64,000 nt of DNA, taken from Marsupella aquatica. Lineage: Eukaryota > Plantae > Marchantiophyta. The notes beneath the pieces are model-generated. The model made no database searches. It was not told where the DNA came from and saw only the letters and a program-made list of their open reading frames with translations. Position numbers and translations under genes: made by a program. Each line of letters starts with the position of its first letter. Position 1 is the first letter of the stretch. The DNA lies in the NCBI GenBank assembly GCA_973895155.1, contig OZ316896.1, positions 1,984,001-2,048,000 of the forward strand. Reading direction: 5' to 3'. This document shows, one piece after another, positions 63,803 through 64,000 of the stretch.

Positions 63803-64000
63803 CTCTTGCCGTAGTCTAGCGTGCCTGTAAAGTGAAGGAATATGCACCAAATCGAAGTATTGATTTCGCGAGAGTTTGAATTGAGCAGTTCTTTCAGATT
63901 CATGGACCCGGTACGCAAAGTTTGACCAAAATAAATCATCAAACACGAGGAATTTTCGTTTGAATTCTAAAATCTAACATCGGGTCTAACATAGATTGGA

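Overview
Repeat-rich eukaryotic nuclear DNA with GT-AG introns, plant-type TEs and telo-box motifs; an early-diverging land plant is plausible but is inference. It holds three CACTA (En/Spm) DNA transposons, all on the minus strand: a partial element at the left edge (1-~2970) and two related full-length elements, A (10714-31142) and B (31844-53425). A and B have CACTAG TIRs, ATGAC subterminal arrays and spliced TnpD and TnpA-like genes. Main finding: each CACTA carries a chromatin gene immediately 5' of, or inside, its transposase unit. Element 1 has an intact SET-domain exon that can be alternatively spliced to the transposase's own first (Zn-motif) exon. A and B each carry a stand-alone EDM2-like composite PHD-finger gene whose N-terminus resembles the histone H3 tail (MART.../MARNKQKA). 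This suggests a TE-encoded chromatin reader/writer, possibly anti-silencing, system. Nested inserts are a 1.3-kb solo LTR, two unusual 3.6- and 4.7-kb TG..CA units with 5-bp TSDs that lack gag/pol but carry a long homologous ORF, other LTR fragments, and a 1-kb TIR element. The right end has a degraded Tnp1-like region and a spliced, divergent TALE (BELL-like) homeobox. All family assignments come from motif recognition by eye; no searches were run.
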